NCBI GenBank assembly: GCA_026770705.1 | Contig: JANJGN010000018.1 | Location: 40,920,001-40,984,000 of the forward strand | From: Isurus oxyrinchus | Lineage: Eukaryota | Direction: 5' to 3' | Length of the DNA: 64,000 nt | In this document: positions 26,700 to 40,963 of the stretch, piece by piece | Numbering within the stretch: position 1 is the stretch's first letter | Layout of the letters: each line of letters starts with the position of its first letter | The notes under the pieces: model-generated | Database searches by the model: none | Seen by the model: the letters and a program-made list of their open reading frames with translations, nothing else | What the model was told of the DNA's origin: nothing | Translations under genes and position numbers: made by a program

Positions 26700-26865
26700 C
26701 GGTCTGTCCCTTACTGCCCATCTAAGCACCATAAAAATTTTCTCACCAAGATATCGTCATTGCTTTTCTCCCTCAGCCTCTGCACCAAAAAACTTCTCAT
26801 CTTTTATGATTTCAATCTTCACCTCAAGTCATCAGGTTCTCTGTCCTCTGAGTTTGCTGTCCAGG
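26700..26865 (+). mobile_element. L2 LINE endonuclease fragment
   Basis: PSKHHKNFLTKISSLL..LLIFYDFNLH, the APE GDFN region. Confidence 0.55.
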
Positions 26866-29467
26866 AGGGGCATATAAACTCTCTAACCCATTGTCATGGC
26901 CAATTAGAGGCCTTCCAGCTTGAGGAGCAACAGGCTGCAATAGAAGGTAAGTTAGAGAGAGGGCAATCAAGATGGATGCACCCACTCTCCAACTTTACTC
27001 AATAAATAAAAAATAGATTCAGCAGCCAGACCACCACTGTGGGGATCAGAGTGGTGGAAGGGGAGCCCCTCCATAGGGGGGTGAGCAGCTGGTCCTGCAC
27101 CAGACTGGCAGGGCGGGTATCTAGGCCTGCATGGAATGCTGGCTCTTTCAGCCTGCCATCCCTTCCAGGCATCTACTCTGACCCCTGTCGGTGCAGGAGC
27201 TTGGAGGCTGTTTAGATCCATTGGCCCCCGATCCCACCTCTGCAAAAATGGCCTGTAGGTGGATAGAGCCTGCAGAGCTTATCTTTGGCCCTGTCCACCT
27301 CTGACCCCAGCAGGGGTTGAAAATCCACCCTACAGTCTTTCCACCCAATGACTCACATATGATGTCTTCTTATCTGATGTGCACACGGCACATCTTTCAC
27401 CCTTGCAGGAAATCTCTGACGGGAGGTCAGGCCAGTAAGAGTTTTCAATATCCCAATTACATGTTGCATGTCCTTGTACCTTTCTTTAATGACCAATTGC
27501 CAAGCTCTGGCAGGCTCAGTCATCATTTCATCCTTGTCTTATGATTGTAGGCATCAAAAGTTAATAGTAGAAGGGAGAGGCTCAAAATTGGAGAATCTGA
27601 CCCTCTCAAATTTTGAGACATTGTACAACAATGGCCAACTACTCCAACCCACTTTCAGGGGAGAGACATGAAGATGGTAAACTTGAATATGCAAACTGGT
27701 ATATATTTACCCTTCAAAGTATCTTATTTTATTTACATACTATGCCAACAGGGAATTTGCCTTGCATCACCATATCAAGTCAGGACTGTCTAAAATGTGC
27801 AGATTCTAATCTGTTTTTTCCTCATTGTGTTTCTGTAAGGCTCTGAGAAGCAGTTGTTTACAGGGCCCAAAGGGACCATCCTCTTTGCATCACTCTCTCC
27901 ACCTGTACAGAGCATCAACACAGAGATATTCATTCTGGAGGATACAGTGGAGTTGGAGATAGATCTGCGAAAACCAGATAAAGAACATAGCATGAGTGAA
28001 GAGCACCATGTACAGGAAATAACAAGGAAGAATCCTGTGGACCAGCTCCAGATGATTTGCTATGTGACTGCTGCTATCTAACACCTGAACGTAAAGGGGA
28101 AGGATTTGTTCATGTAGCATCATGTGAAGCAGTGCTACGTAGACTTGTGGTGATTCCTGGAGACAGTTGCTGTGTGTCACTATCTTTATGGTCAGTGTGG
28201 ATTTCCTCATTCATGCCATTGCTGATCGCTGTATGGATCATGCAGGTAGTAGTTCATGGTGCTGTCAGCTACCAGGGAATCAATGTAGTCTGTGTAGCAC
28301 TGCCTGAAGCAACATCACACAAAAATATTTCCTCCTGTAGGTTTCTTTATGACCAACTTATTGGTCTCAATTTTTATACCCCTGATGGGTAGAAAAGGGT
28401 GTTGGGGAGTGGGGAGTTAAATCCCAAGCAAACAACTTACTTCTTTTAACATTTTTCAATAACATCAATGAGACAGCTGCAAAAGGCAGCCAGGATCTAA
28501 TTAACAATCAAAAGTCATACGAAGCCTAATAATATCCTCAGTGCCACAATTCAAATTTAATAGTAAGTAGAGGGGAAGCCGTGCAGAGGGATTCCCAGGT
28601 TCCCAGCAGCAGATCCTAAGCTGGATGTGTCAAATTACTAAAGTAATTGCTAGAGGTCTGATCCTGTTAGCATTCCTTGTGGGCAAAAAGTCGTCTCGGC
28701 TCACCTAGCACTGATCGCAGCTCAGGGCCTTCAGCATCTGTTGATCCAAAGGTCGCCCAGCTGTGGCCTCTTCCCCGTTGTTTGTGAATCCCACCCACTG
28801 GCCAGGCTGTAAATTTGGTGGAGTAGGCAGAAGATTATATAAGTGAGGGCTTGTCATTGGGATCAACAGGACCTCCATGTCCTTGCTGCGTCTCCCCCAA
28901 TCCACAGCACACCTGTCCCACCAAATCCTCTCTATGACTCAGTTAATATTGGGGACATTGTGCTGGATTTAGTCTCAAAGCAGTGCTCCAGCCGATGGGC
29001 CCAAAAGCAGTAAGTGACCTTGCTTCTGTGGCCTATGGAACCCAGGGTTGCAGCTTGTTAGCCGCTGTCTTCCTATCCTGGGAGCAGTGGCCACTTCTGG
29101 GACTATGCATGGAAGAAGAGGAAGCCATGGAAAGATGTCACTCTCCTAACCAGGTAAGTGGAGTCTGGGGATGCAAGGACCAGTCAGGCAGGCCCTGGTG
29201 AGTGAGTGAAGTGGGTAGGGATAGTTTGGTGAGGGTAAGGAACTCTAATTCCTTAGGGATAGCCATTGTTGCAGGGGTCTCCTCCATGAGGCAAAGAGTG
29301 TCCAAATAGGGGGCTCTCTACCAGCCACTGTGAGGCTGTCAGGGTTCACCAGGTGTGGGTTCCCTATGAGAGCCTATCCGCCTCTGATAAAATGCCAGCG
29401 GCGGCAGGGAGAGGCCTTTAAGTGGTTACTTAAGTGACCCAACTACCCCTTGTGTGAGGGCCAACTC

Positions 29468-30775
29468 TTTTTTTTGTTTGTTCATGGAATGTGGGCATCA
29501 CTGGCTAGGCCAACGTTTATTGCCCATTTTCAAATTGCCCTTGAGAAGATGGTGGTGAGCTGCCTTTTTGAACCGCTGCAGTCCATGTGATGTAGATACA
29601 CCTACAGTGCTGTTAGGGAGGGAGTTCCAGGATTTTGACGCAGCAACAGTGAAGCAACAGCAGGAAGGTGAGACTTTTAGAGGGGAACTTCCAGTTGGTG
29701 GTGTTCCCATGTGCTTGCTAGTCCTTGTCCTTCTAGATGGTAGTCATTGTGGGTTTGGAAGCTCTCAAGGAGGCTTCGTGAGTTTCTGCAGTGCATTTTG
29801 TAGATGTTACACTCTGTTGCCAGCGTGCGTTGGTGGTGGAGAGAGTGAATGCTTGTGGACAGGGTGCCAATCAAGCAGGCTCCTTTGTCCTAGATGGTGT
29901 CAAACTTCTTGAATGTTGTTGGAGCTGCACTCATCCAGGCAAGTGGAGACTCTTCCATCACACTCCTGATTTGAGCCTTGTAGATGGTAGACAGGCTTTG
30001 GGGAGTCAAGAGGTGAGTTATTCATCGCACGATTCCTAGCCTCTGTCCTGCTTTTGTAGCCACAATATTTATATGGCTAGTCCAGTTAAGTTTCTGGTCA
30101 GGATGTTGATAGTGGGGTATTCAGCAATGGTAATGCCATTGAAAATCAAGGGGAGATGGTTAGATTCTCTCTTGTTGGAAACAGTCATCCTGGCACTTGT
30201 GTGGCATGAATGTTACTTGCCACCTTTTCGCCCAAATCTGGATATTCTCCAGGTCTTGCTGCATTTGGACATGGACTGCTTCAGTATCTGAGGAATGATG
30301 CTGAACATTTTGCAATCATCAGCGAACATCTTCACTTCTGACCTTATGACGGAAGGAAGGTCATTGATGAAGCAGCTGAAGATGGTTGGGCCGAAGACAT
30401 TACCCTGAGGAATTCCTGCAGTGATGTCCTGGAACTGAGATTATTGGCCTCCAACAACCACAACTATCTTCCTTTGTGCTAGGTATGACTCCAACCAGCA
30501 GAGAGTTTTCCCCCTGATTCCCATTGACTCCAGTTTTGCTAGGGCTCACTCGGTCAAATGTTGCCTTGATGTCAAGGGCAGTCAGTCTCACCTCACAAGT
30601 TCCGCTCTTTTATCCATATTGGAACCAAGTTTGTAATGAAATCAGGAGCTTGTGGCCCTTGCAGAACCTAAACTGAGTGTCAGTGAACAGGTTACTGCTA
30701 AGCAAGTGCCGCATGATAACACTGTTGATCACCCCTTCCATCACTTTACTGATGATTGAGATATGCCACCTTCCT
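29468..30775 (-). mobile_element. CR1-clade LINE 3' part (HER1-like), same family as 57154-58137
   Basis: Reverse-complement homology including the 3' tail; LDIKATFDRV motif. Confidence 0.82.
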
Positions 30776-30914
30776 CACTGCTGGCAAGATGGCATGACAT
30801 TGGGAAGATGATGGGAATGCCACCACCCGTCTCCCACTCCCCAACTTCTTGTGCCATTTTAAGGGCCCTCACCTCCCATGCTGTCCCGGAGGGCTTGTAA
30901 AATCCAACCCACTG

Positions 30915-31595
30915 GGGGTGCATTTTCGAGGGGTGTATTGCTCACCTGCACCACCCACCAACCCAGGCTGACTGACTTTAAAAAAGGCTGCCCTGCAACG
31001 ATAATATGATTAACAAGCTGAGAGTGGGACTCACGCTCATGAGGGAAAATCAATCTGATTGGCCAGTAGCTCAGTAGTCCCAATCATGACACCACTCAGT
31101 GGTGGTCAGAACATAGATGTCGGACTTACAGGTAAGTCCAATGTTTGACTGAGAGGGATCAGAGGCCATAGGGAGGCGAGTCAGTGGGGAGTGGATGGTG
31201 GGGAGCGGGGTTCAAGTTCTGGAGGCTCAGGGAGGCACAATAGGGTGGAGCCATCTTGGCGGGTGCCCCTGATGGGCAGAGGGTACCCCCCCCCAAAGGA
31301 AGTAACTCCTTCCTGACTTTTAACCCAAGTTTGTAAAAGAGCAGGCTGGTCTCTTTTGTTTCACCTTGCCCCACCCACCATATCATGGCGTCGGAGGTGA
31401 AATAAGGCCCTTAACTACCCATTCATTTGCCAGTTAAGAGCCTTAGTAGGCCTAAGGGCAGGTGGGCTGGCTGATGCCTTACCTGCCCACCGTATTATGG
31501 GGGACAGCTCAGGGGTGGGTGGGAAGGTGATGGGCTAGCCACCTGTGTGCCCCCTGCCTGAAAATACACCAGTAGGGAGCTGTAAAATTCTCCCC
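30915..31595. mobile_element. MITE-like element with Harbinger-type termini
   Basis: Termini GGGGTGCATTTT / AAAATTCTCCCC; shares GGCCTTTAAGTGG-like internal motifs with 14450-15000 and 29400. No TSD seen. Confidence 0.4.
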
Positions 31596-34340
31596 ATCAT
31601 CTTTTGCAACTGTGGAAAGAACACAAAATAGGATCGCTGATTTTCAGCTGTGCAGTAATTTTGACCAGTATTCTGGAATAAATGCTACCTCCAGGCAGAG
31701 CTCCCTTTATCAAAGGTCCTAAATGTTGCTGTGGACACCTTCAGCAGTACTATAACTATGGTTCAGGGATTCTCCATGCTCATGGATCATCAGAGCAAAA
31801 TTTTGATGGAGCTGGCACAACCTCACATCAGCTGTGTGATCTGATCTCAAATAAATGGCCCAGTATGCAGACAGAGGCCAATGCAGGAGTAAGGAGATAA
31901 AAGAGAAAGCGTTTCTCAGGATGACTCATCATCTGTTGCTATTCAGTTGCATCAAAGTACACCCGAGCCCAGGATATCACAGTAACATGTTACATTTGCA
32001 CTTGCATACGCCATGAACTTTAGGCATGCATATTCCTTTAACTGGGATCTGGTGGTAGAATTTCTCTTGTCCCATTGGTCTTCCTCCTTGCTAAGATCAA
32101 AGCTTCAAGGGCAATTTGTTAAATGAGTTCAAGTCATAAAATCAAAATAACCTCAACTGCACCAGGAGGCTAATTTCAACTTCATTGTTCTAACCATAAT
32201 GCAAAATCCAGACAAGAAATGATAAAACTCCATCTTCCTGATTTAATATAAAGACAGGTAATAAAGCACCACCTCCATTCATTTTAGCTGAAATGCACAA
32301 CGGATGTATTCTTCAAATACTGCTACCCTAAAATCTATAACTCTTTATGATTTCAATGATCCCATTGAGTCTTATTGAATTATGTTTTTACTAGAATAGG
32401 GACAGAGACGATTAAAGCAGAATGTGACTGCTGTAGTAATGATACATAGCATGTAATAAACAGCTCTTTGAATCATTTTGTGCCCTCCAGATGATATTAT
32501 GGCAGAACTACTTAAATCATGAGACAAAAGCCAATTAGAACAACAGACTAAGCTTTGGTTCATGTTTTTGGAGCCCTGGGGCAATCTCTGTGTTGCCTGT
32601 ATTCCAATAACACTATACAATGAATTATATGCCACTAATATGGCTATGCACAAATGGAACCACAACCAGCTCTTGATGTAAAATAAGTTAAAATTCACTT
32701 ACTATTTTTATCCATTTTAAAGTTTCTGAATTTGGGAAAATAAATTATTTTAGGAAGGCTGCTTTCCCCCTCCCCCATTCAGGGTATGCCTTTAGGATTA
32801 ATAACAGGTTATTTAACCAGCACTTTAATTATTGTTAGAGTCCATTAAAGATAGGGCAACGACAGTCAGAGAAAAATGCTATGGCTTTAACAGAACTGGG
32901 TAAGGTTGAAGATAATAACAATGAAGAAAGAATTTTCATTATTATTGCACTTCACATGACTTCAGAACATCCCAAAGTGTTTCACAAAAATTAAACACCT
33001 TTGATGTTAGACATTATTGTTATTTAGGGAAAGGACTTTTTTTAATCTCTCAAGGGCAATTAGGGGTGGAGAATAAATGCTGGCCTTGCCAGTGATCCTG
33101 ATATCCCATTTCCATGAACAAATTAGAAAACACCACCTGTGACAGGACCCAAGATCATTCTTGCACCAGCTTGTATGAAATTCCATCTTTTAGTTTTGTG
33201 TGAATGTTAGCTAGGCACAGTGCTACATGAAGGCTCGAACTTTAGTCCATCTTTCATTATTGATCTCACTATCGCCACTGGTCTCAAATGGAACTCCCAT
33301 ATCTCAGCTATTGCTAAGATTGACTCTGAAAAGCTCAGTTTCCCGCTTTCACTTACAATCTTTCTTTCTCTTCAATGACTCAGTTCCCCTACAAGGATCA
33401 AAGGATACCTCAAATTTGAATCTGAAATGACTCCAAGAGCAACTCTGTCACACACACTAGAACATAGGAAAGTACTTTTTTGTCCGATAGGTGGTGGATC
33501 CACATCTCACCTCTTGCTTCCAACCTCGCTTTCTCTCTATAATCAGCTGGCTTAATTACAAGTATCTATGGTAAAGCAAACATCTTGCACATCCTTCAAA
33601 TTCTGTTCTGGAAATACTATTAGCTGCTGATGTCAATATTGGCTGCTCTGCCAGTACATTTCTTTGTCCTTTTCCAGTTAAAGGAGGCGAGTGCAGGAAA
33701 ATGGAAAACTCATACGTTGTAGAGACCTAGTTGCAAATCTTCTGACTCCACCACTATGTCACAGTACTTCACTTGATCCCACTGCATATTGACAAAACCC
33801 GGGCAACCTGCAGCTTTCAGAACATGCAGGCAACTGACCTGACCTTCACTGTGAACTTGGTAAACTGAAGTTCTATGGGCAACTGTAATGTTAACCGCCT
33901 ACCGGAAACCAGGCAGATCGGCAGAAAAATGCTGGCCGGGTTACTTATCTATCAGAAAGCTGCAAAGAGCTGAGGCAGGTAGCTGCCTCAGGTAAAGTGA
34001 AGACAAGTGAAGGTGGTGAAACCTAGATTTTAAACTGAGGTGGATTTTGGCTGGGTGGGTAGAAGTGTGGCTTGAAAACTCACCTGCTGGCCCAGGAATG
34101 AGTCGCTTTTAATTCCCAAGCCCCATTTAAATCTCACTGGCCAACTTCCGGATTGGCAAGAAGTTGGTGGGAAGCAGGAGAAAATCAAAGGCCACATAGT
34201 TGGCAGATTTGGCTTTGGGAATTATCTAGTGGGGGAATCCCACAGTTGGGAAGTGGGGCGATGCTGCCAAAGGCAAGTGAAGACATTGAGGAGATGTGCC
34301 AGGATCAGGAGAGTCCCAAACATCTAAGGTTTTTTCCCCC

Positions 34341-34865
34341 AGTTCTGGGCCCCATACTTGTGAAGGATGTGATGGCATTGGAGAGAGTACAGGGGAGATT
34401 CACAAGAGTGATCCCAGAGATGAAGAACTGTAACTATGAGGAGAGGTTTGAGAAGTTGGGACTCTTTTCCTTGGAGAGAGGAAGGCAGAAAGGACATTTG
34501 ATAGAGATATTCAAGATCCTGAGGGATATGAACAGGGTAAGTGGTGGGAAACTGTTCCCACTCAAGAGAACATCAAGAAATAGAGGGCACAGATTCAATA
34601 TAATTGGCAAAAGGAGTAAATGTGATGGGAGGAATTTTTTTTCACCCAGAGGATGATTGAAGTCTGGAACAAGCTTCCTGAGAGGGTGGTGAAAGTACAT
34701 TTTATCAAGGTATTCAAAAGGAATTGGATTGCTATCTGAAAAGAAATAATGTGCAAGGTTACAGTGATAAGACAGGGGAGTGGGACTAGGTGGAATGCTC
34801 TTGCAGAGAACCAGTACAGACTCGATAGGCCAAATGGCCTTCTGTGCTGTAATGATACTGTGATA
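34341..34865 (+). mobile_element. CR1 LINE 3' end
   Basis: KDVMALERVQGRFTRVIP...YEERFEKLGLFSLE...RGHRF, the typical CR1 ORF2 C-terminus. Confidence 0.85.
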
Positions 34866-35341
34866 CAAGACAGGGCAGCTTTTATTCCTATTAATTTGTG
34901 TTAAATTCAAACCCATTTCCCTGAAATGAAAGACAGCAATACTAACTCAATTCTTCAATATTATATATTCCTGTTTCTCTCACAAATTTAAATTCTCTGT
35001 GGGCATTACTTCTGCAGTGTTCTGATAAAGTATCAGCTCGGAAACCTTAGCTTCCTTTCTAGATATTAGCTGTCAACTTGGATCAGAGAGATAAGAAGGT
35101 AATATTCTAACACACTGTTCCCTAATCAACTCATCTCTTTGTTGGTTGACTTTGAACTTTGTCAATGAAAGGACAGAAAAGGTCAATGTTCTAATATACA
35201 CATAACCAAGAATCATATTCTAGACGCTGATGTAATTTTCATCATTTCTATACAGTCTGGTTCTGAAACATGTCCTAGGAGAGAGGAAACAATGTTCTAA
35301 TCAAGCAAGTTGGATTCTGGTGAAATGGTTTCAGATGTTAC

Positions 35342-35758
35342 CTGGTGACTGGACTTGAAGAATTGTTGATCCAGAGCGAGCATGTCCTTGTATAACCCAT
35401 TCATTCTGGGGGCTCGAAACCCATTCCTCTACATTGCAAAAGTAAACACCGCTGTCACTTACTGCTGCCCTCTGTATTATCAACTTGTAGGTGTTACTGG
35501 AGGTCTTCACACTTTGGAATTTCATCTTTCTCTGTGGATCTGTAAGCAAATCTCCATAATACTGTAGTATATTATTTTGATCGGTTTTGAGAAGCGCTCT
35601 CTCCTTAGCATTTGGACTCTCTTTATTTTGGAAGGACCATGTAACTGAAAATTGTGATTGTGTCTGTGTCTGGTTGATAATATGGCATTCAAGTTCAACA
35701 ATAGCATCCTCACTGCTTGATATAGTTAAGTTATTGTTCCCGAGTTGTAGGTTTACAT
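35342..35758 (-). CDS. CD101: CD101-like Ig V-domain 7 exon (417 bp)
   Basis: DVNLQL...ELECHI...FSVTW...DSGVYFCNVEEWVSSP. Acceptor cttctgcag|, donor G|gtaac, phase 1-1. Confidence 0.88.
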
Positions 35759-36859
35759 CTGCAGAAGCGACATAAGACAAAAGAAAGATAATGAGGCCTT
35801 GTTTGGAAGTGAGAAAAATTACACTGCATGATGTTGAACTCAGAGAGAGTATTATGCACATTACAAGAAGTTAGAATATTATTTTCTTCAGGGGTTAACG
35901 ATAAGTTTAGCTTTGAAGATCTGTTGATTTAGCTATCACTGCACGGGTTTCCAAAGAAAAAGGGGACAGCCACCTGCCCACTACAACCAGTGGAGCATAG
36001 AACTCCCTGCAACTGACCAATGATTAATAAAACATGCCAGGAAAATGGATGGTTTCTCATTTATACTAAACCCATACTTAGGTTAAAAACCCTCCCCAAC
36101 CCACACTAGACTAACCAGCTCACTAACATTTAAAGATAACGGACACAATATTGAGTCTAGAATTCTGGAGTTTGAATCTTACTTGAGCAGCTAGTTACTG
36201 TTGAATATGGGCACATGAAATAGCAGTACTACTTGTGTGGGGGATAAACACCAACACAGACTGGGCAGGAATTGATTGATGATAAAGAGTTGAATAGCTT
36301 GCTGCAGGAGGTGTTTCAGAAGAAGGTAGGCATGTTTGGGGCTGACAGCTATCTTCCTGTAAACCGCTACTTTAAAGGCGATCCCTCATATCTGGCTGAA
36401 ACTGAGAAAAAATTGGTTGGTATCAGTTTGACAGCCTCGTGACCGCTGCCACTAAGCAAGGCAAGAGCAGCAATGTCATAACAGTACCATCACCTGTTAA
36501 GTTTCCCTTCAAGTCACACACATCTTGACTTGGACACATACCACATCCCTTCACAATATCATGAGAGGAGCACCATCATTGCATGGTTTGTAATAGCCCA
36601 AAAGGACTCACTGCAATCTTCTCAAAGCAACTTGGGTTGGACAATGAACACAGTTTGCTGTTTCATGGGTCCAAATTTAAATAAATATTCTATGCTAATG
36701 AGGCTTGAGGATTTCTACCTTTGGAAATCATTTGCTGAAAAATACTGTCCACAGCAAAATAGGCAAGATATTCTTACTCATGTTCATTGGCATTGAGGTT
36801 CAGCACTGTTGGCAGAGCCTCAAAGTCAGGGTTAATATTCCCACTGAGGCCTAGTCAGT

Positions 36860-38000
36860 GCATCCTAACCTTTAACAAAGCCTATTGAAAGTTTATACTC
36901 CATTATTGAGCCATGTATCCCACATTTGTTGTGCATTTTGAATTATTTCTCCACATTGTTATCTCTGCACTTTCAATGTTAAAACAGCAGTCCAGGTCAT
37001 TTTCAGTGTCTTTGTGCTACTTCTATTTGTTATCGTACATGTTTCTTAGTCTTTCTACCAATATGGAATATAGCTTGCATTTAGCAGCTTTAGTCTTCAT
37101 TTATAAATTGCCTGGACAATTGCATAGCAAGTCTAAACCCTTCTTCAAAACTGTGCTTTCATCCCTAAAATGCTCCATATTTTAATGTCATCTGAAAATG
37201 TTACACACAATTCTTTTTTGGTATTCTGGCTACTAAGGTCAATATGAAAACAACAAAGAGTCAAACATCAAACTCTGTTATAGTCCATCAGTACCATCCC
37301 CAACTGGTGCCACACTTCTGTCTGTGTTTCTTATTTTTTTATCCAATCTTTTAATCCAATTTCTTAAAGGTCCCACATTCTAGGACAGATTGGATTGTCT
37401 CTGAGATTCCCATAGATTTTCCTTTATTTAACATTCCTTCACGTGGAACTTTGTCAAAGGCTCTCTCAAAATCCAAATAAATCATATTGTAAAAGGTTTT
37501 ACAGTCTATTTGTAATGTTGCCAGGGAGGCTGAGGAGGATTGCCAAACAGAAACTCTCTTCTAAAGCTATGATGACACAAGTTATTACATTAGAACTGAC
37601 TTGGACATATACACCATCCCTTCATCGTCGTGTGCCAAAATATTGAAATCCCCTACAAAACACCATCATGAGTGTGCCACCACCATAAGACTGTAGCAAT
37701 TCATGAATTTGACCCACTACCACCTTGTCTAGGTAACTTGGGATAGACAATACATGCAGATTTGCCATTACATAAGACAAAATTGTATGGTATATATTCA
37801 TCAATCTACTTTTTAGTATTGCTTTCATTATTTAAATCTGCCCCAACATAAGTCTATTTGACCTGTAGTTACTGAAGTCAGATTTGTCTCCCTTCTTAAA
37901 TTATAGGCATTACATTTGCTCACTTCTAATCCTGTGGAACTTCTCTAGTACCCAGCAAATCTCTAAACATTCTCATCTGCAAGTTATTTCTCCCTTTGCA
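36860..38000 (-). mobile_element. Old CR1-type LINE RT fragment, with a nested HER1-tail fragment at ~37590-37770
   Basis: aatgtcatctgaaaa (FADD region), gaactttgtcaaaggctctctcaaaatcc (DF.KAFDKV), gacctgtagtt (NYRP). Confidence 0.6.
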
Positions 38001-39219
38001 GCTACCTAATGACTGACAGGTTTTTTAGCCTTCATTCTTTTTAATTTATTAAATATCGCTGCTTCACTCATTTCAAAATATTCTGTAATGTTGATTGTAC
38101 CACAGTTATCGAATGGCAAACAGTATTTTCTTGCTGGTGAGCACTTTGAGAAATAATAAAGTAATAAAACCATTTTCCTCTAACTTTCAATTATTCCACA
38201 CTTTCGTCTTTTAAGGATCTAGGCTTGGATTAATAAAAAAAAGAGCATAAGGCTGGCAAGCTGAGACTGCTGTCTGCCATCCCAAAGTTGCAATGACGCT
38301 CATCCACTTTCTTGAATCAGAGGTCATTATTTATACAGCTCAGACTCACTGTATCCATGCCAGCAAGTGGGAGTCCTCCACTCTACAACAGCAGAAGTCT
38401 GAATTAAGGGAGATTGAAGGGTCCAAAGGTAAGGTTACCATTTTCCTTTTAAACCTCAAACTGGACTGATACCTTCATTTACTGAGTGGTTGGAGCTTAA
38501 AGAGAGAGATAGGTATCCATTATGGGTTCTTTCATTCCAGAGGGACCTCAAGCAGGCGCTGTACCATGATTCGGAGTACAGTATACAACCATCCCATGCC
38601 TGTCGATGCTCGTGTCAACTTAGCAGTTTCCAGGCCCTGCTTTCTCACCATCATTTTCCACTATATAGCCTGATTTTGGATAGCATAGCAAAGGAAAATC
38701 CAAACAATAACTTCATCCTTAACCACTCTTTTTCCAATTATGATAATGAATAAGTTCTGTTCTAATTAATTCTGCTCCATTGCCCTTTTTGAACTCATGA
38801 AACCATTTAACTTGTTATTAATATTTTCTTTTATTTCTTCTAATTATCTCCCCTCGCTTCCCCCCACCCTTGTTGGTTCCATAATTTTAACTTCTTCCAT
38901 CCATACTGGAGACTGTTCAGTTTACACTTGAGGGATAATTTTCTCACCACTGGGACTCCATTTTGGAAATTCTGGTCCAAAGTTCATACACTGCACAGGC
39001 CACTGCCTGGCAACTTCCGTCAGGGATGCAAATGTGAAATATTGCTCCTTTAATATCGCTGCCAATCTTTTTCTCCATCACGTTACCAGTCATTCCACTC
39101 ACTATTTTTACTTCAGCATTTTTAGTTGCAGGAAAAGAAACAGTTTATACCATTGAATAAATAAATAGCCATTAGTTCTGGCCCTGCAATTTTGAGAGAT
39201 ATTTAAGAAACTTGTTTAC

Positions 39220-39636
39220 CTGCTGTATGCACCTGCAGAACCGTTATTGCCGACGTATTCTCTCCCACTTTATACCAGATGTTGTTGGGATCCAAAAGCC
39301 ACTCCTTTACATGACAATAGTAACTTCCACTGTCATTCACATCAGTTTTCTGTATAATCAGCTTGTACATATCATTAGAGGGCTTCTTAGCCTGGAATTT
39401 CATTTTCTTCTGAGAGTCAGTGAGCAATTCTCCATAGTACTGGATAACATTATTGCGATCGATGTTCAGAAGATTTTCCCCTTTCACATTTGGTCCCTGT
39501 GTCTTACTGAAGAGCCATGTGACTGAGAATTGAGAATCATTTTGAGTTTGAGCTAAAATTTTACATTCAAGTTCAGTGACATCTCGAATCCTTTTCTGTA
39601 TTGTTGTAACTTTCTTGGTGAGCTTCAAGAGACTTG
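39220..39636 (-). CDS. CD101: CD101-like Ig V-domain 6 exon (417 bp)
   Basis: ASLLKL...ELECKI...FSVTW...DSGSYYCHVKEWLLDP. Acceptor cttgtgtag|, donor G|gtaaac, phase 1-1. Confidence 0.88.
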
Positions 39637-40963
39637 CTACACAAGTAGAAAAGGCAGCATGTCAAAATAATTTCACAGCATTTCTTTACAACATTTAAGT
39701 TCAAGGTGAAGCATCACAGGGATCAGTCAATACCTAACTATTGCTTTAGTCGTATAAACTCATCCATGATTTAAAGAAACTCAATGCTACTAATGAGCAT
39801 GATGTACAGTTGAGCTCATGGCATTAATGATCTCAGCTCATGATACTCCTAATGTTTTTATTGTAAATTTACACCTTAAATTTTATCCAATTCTTTATAA
39901 AGCTGTTGTACTACTGTGCATCTGTATGCTGAGAGGGTACCCTATTCTTGCTTAGTTCCCTCATTACTCCATTAATGCCCATTTTATTTTCTGAAGGTAC
40001 AGATGAAGACAGAGTGACTACAACACAAAAATTGCAGATTTTTCAAAACTAATATGAACTGGCCATCGTTAATTCCTTTTGATTGTAATGTGTAACGTGG
40101 CAGAGTATTTACAGCACACCAATATTATTTTAAAATGCTGTTTCTCCTTAAAAACATCAAAACTGTACTTTAGCAATATGATAGCCTTGGGGTAAGAGAT
40201 TGAAATGTATGTACTTAATGACATAATACAGCCCCTTAAATAACTTATTTGACTAAAGTACCTCATACATCCATGTAACCTAATTTTCACAAGCATCTTT
40301 TCATAGTTGGTTACATGGATTTGTGCTAATGATTAAAATAGTCTTTTTTATCGGCTTTCTCTGAAATCTATTTATAACCCATTTTCTTATTTCATTGTAT
40401 TTAATTATAGTCAATTTATTTTGTTTTCCATAGATTCACATTTTGCTTTCTTCCTGTCAGTTTTTCTCCTTCCTATAAAGGTGCTGACTCCTGCTGGGAT
40501 ATGACTCAACAGATGCCTATGGCTTTCCAGTACCATGCTGAAGGCACCATTTTCATGTGTGATCCTAGAAAGTGAGTGTTTGCCAGCTACTTGACCATTG
40601 AGGACCCTGCAGCTGAGGATGATACTTCATTTCTCTGATGTCCACACACTTCTCCAATAGGAGCCACTGGATAACACCCACAAGCAGATACCCCCAGCAG
40701 ATTTTTTCCACTTCCCCATTCCAGGATCACTGAGCCCTTTTTCTCTTAATGCACAGGGGCTGAAATTAGAAGTGGGACTTTTTAAGTCCACATGGCTTAT
40801 TTCCACACCGCTGAGTGCACTTACCAACTGGAGCCATTATTTCAATTTCATTCTTTCCTTTTCAGAAGGCAGGTTAACATCTCTCATATTACACACAACA
40901 GCCCATCTTTCCACTTTAATTCATCATTGATCCTAGAAACACAAAAGTAACCTCTTACCTTAC

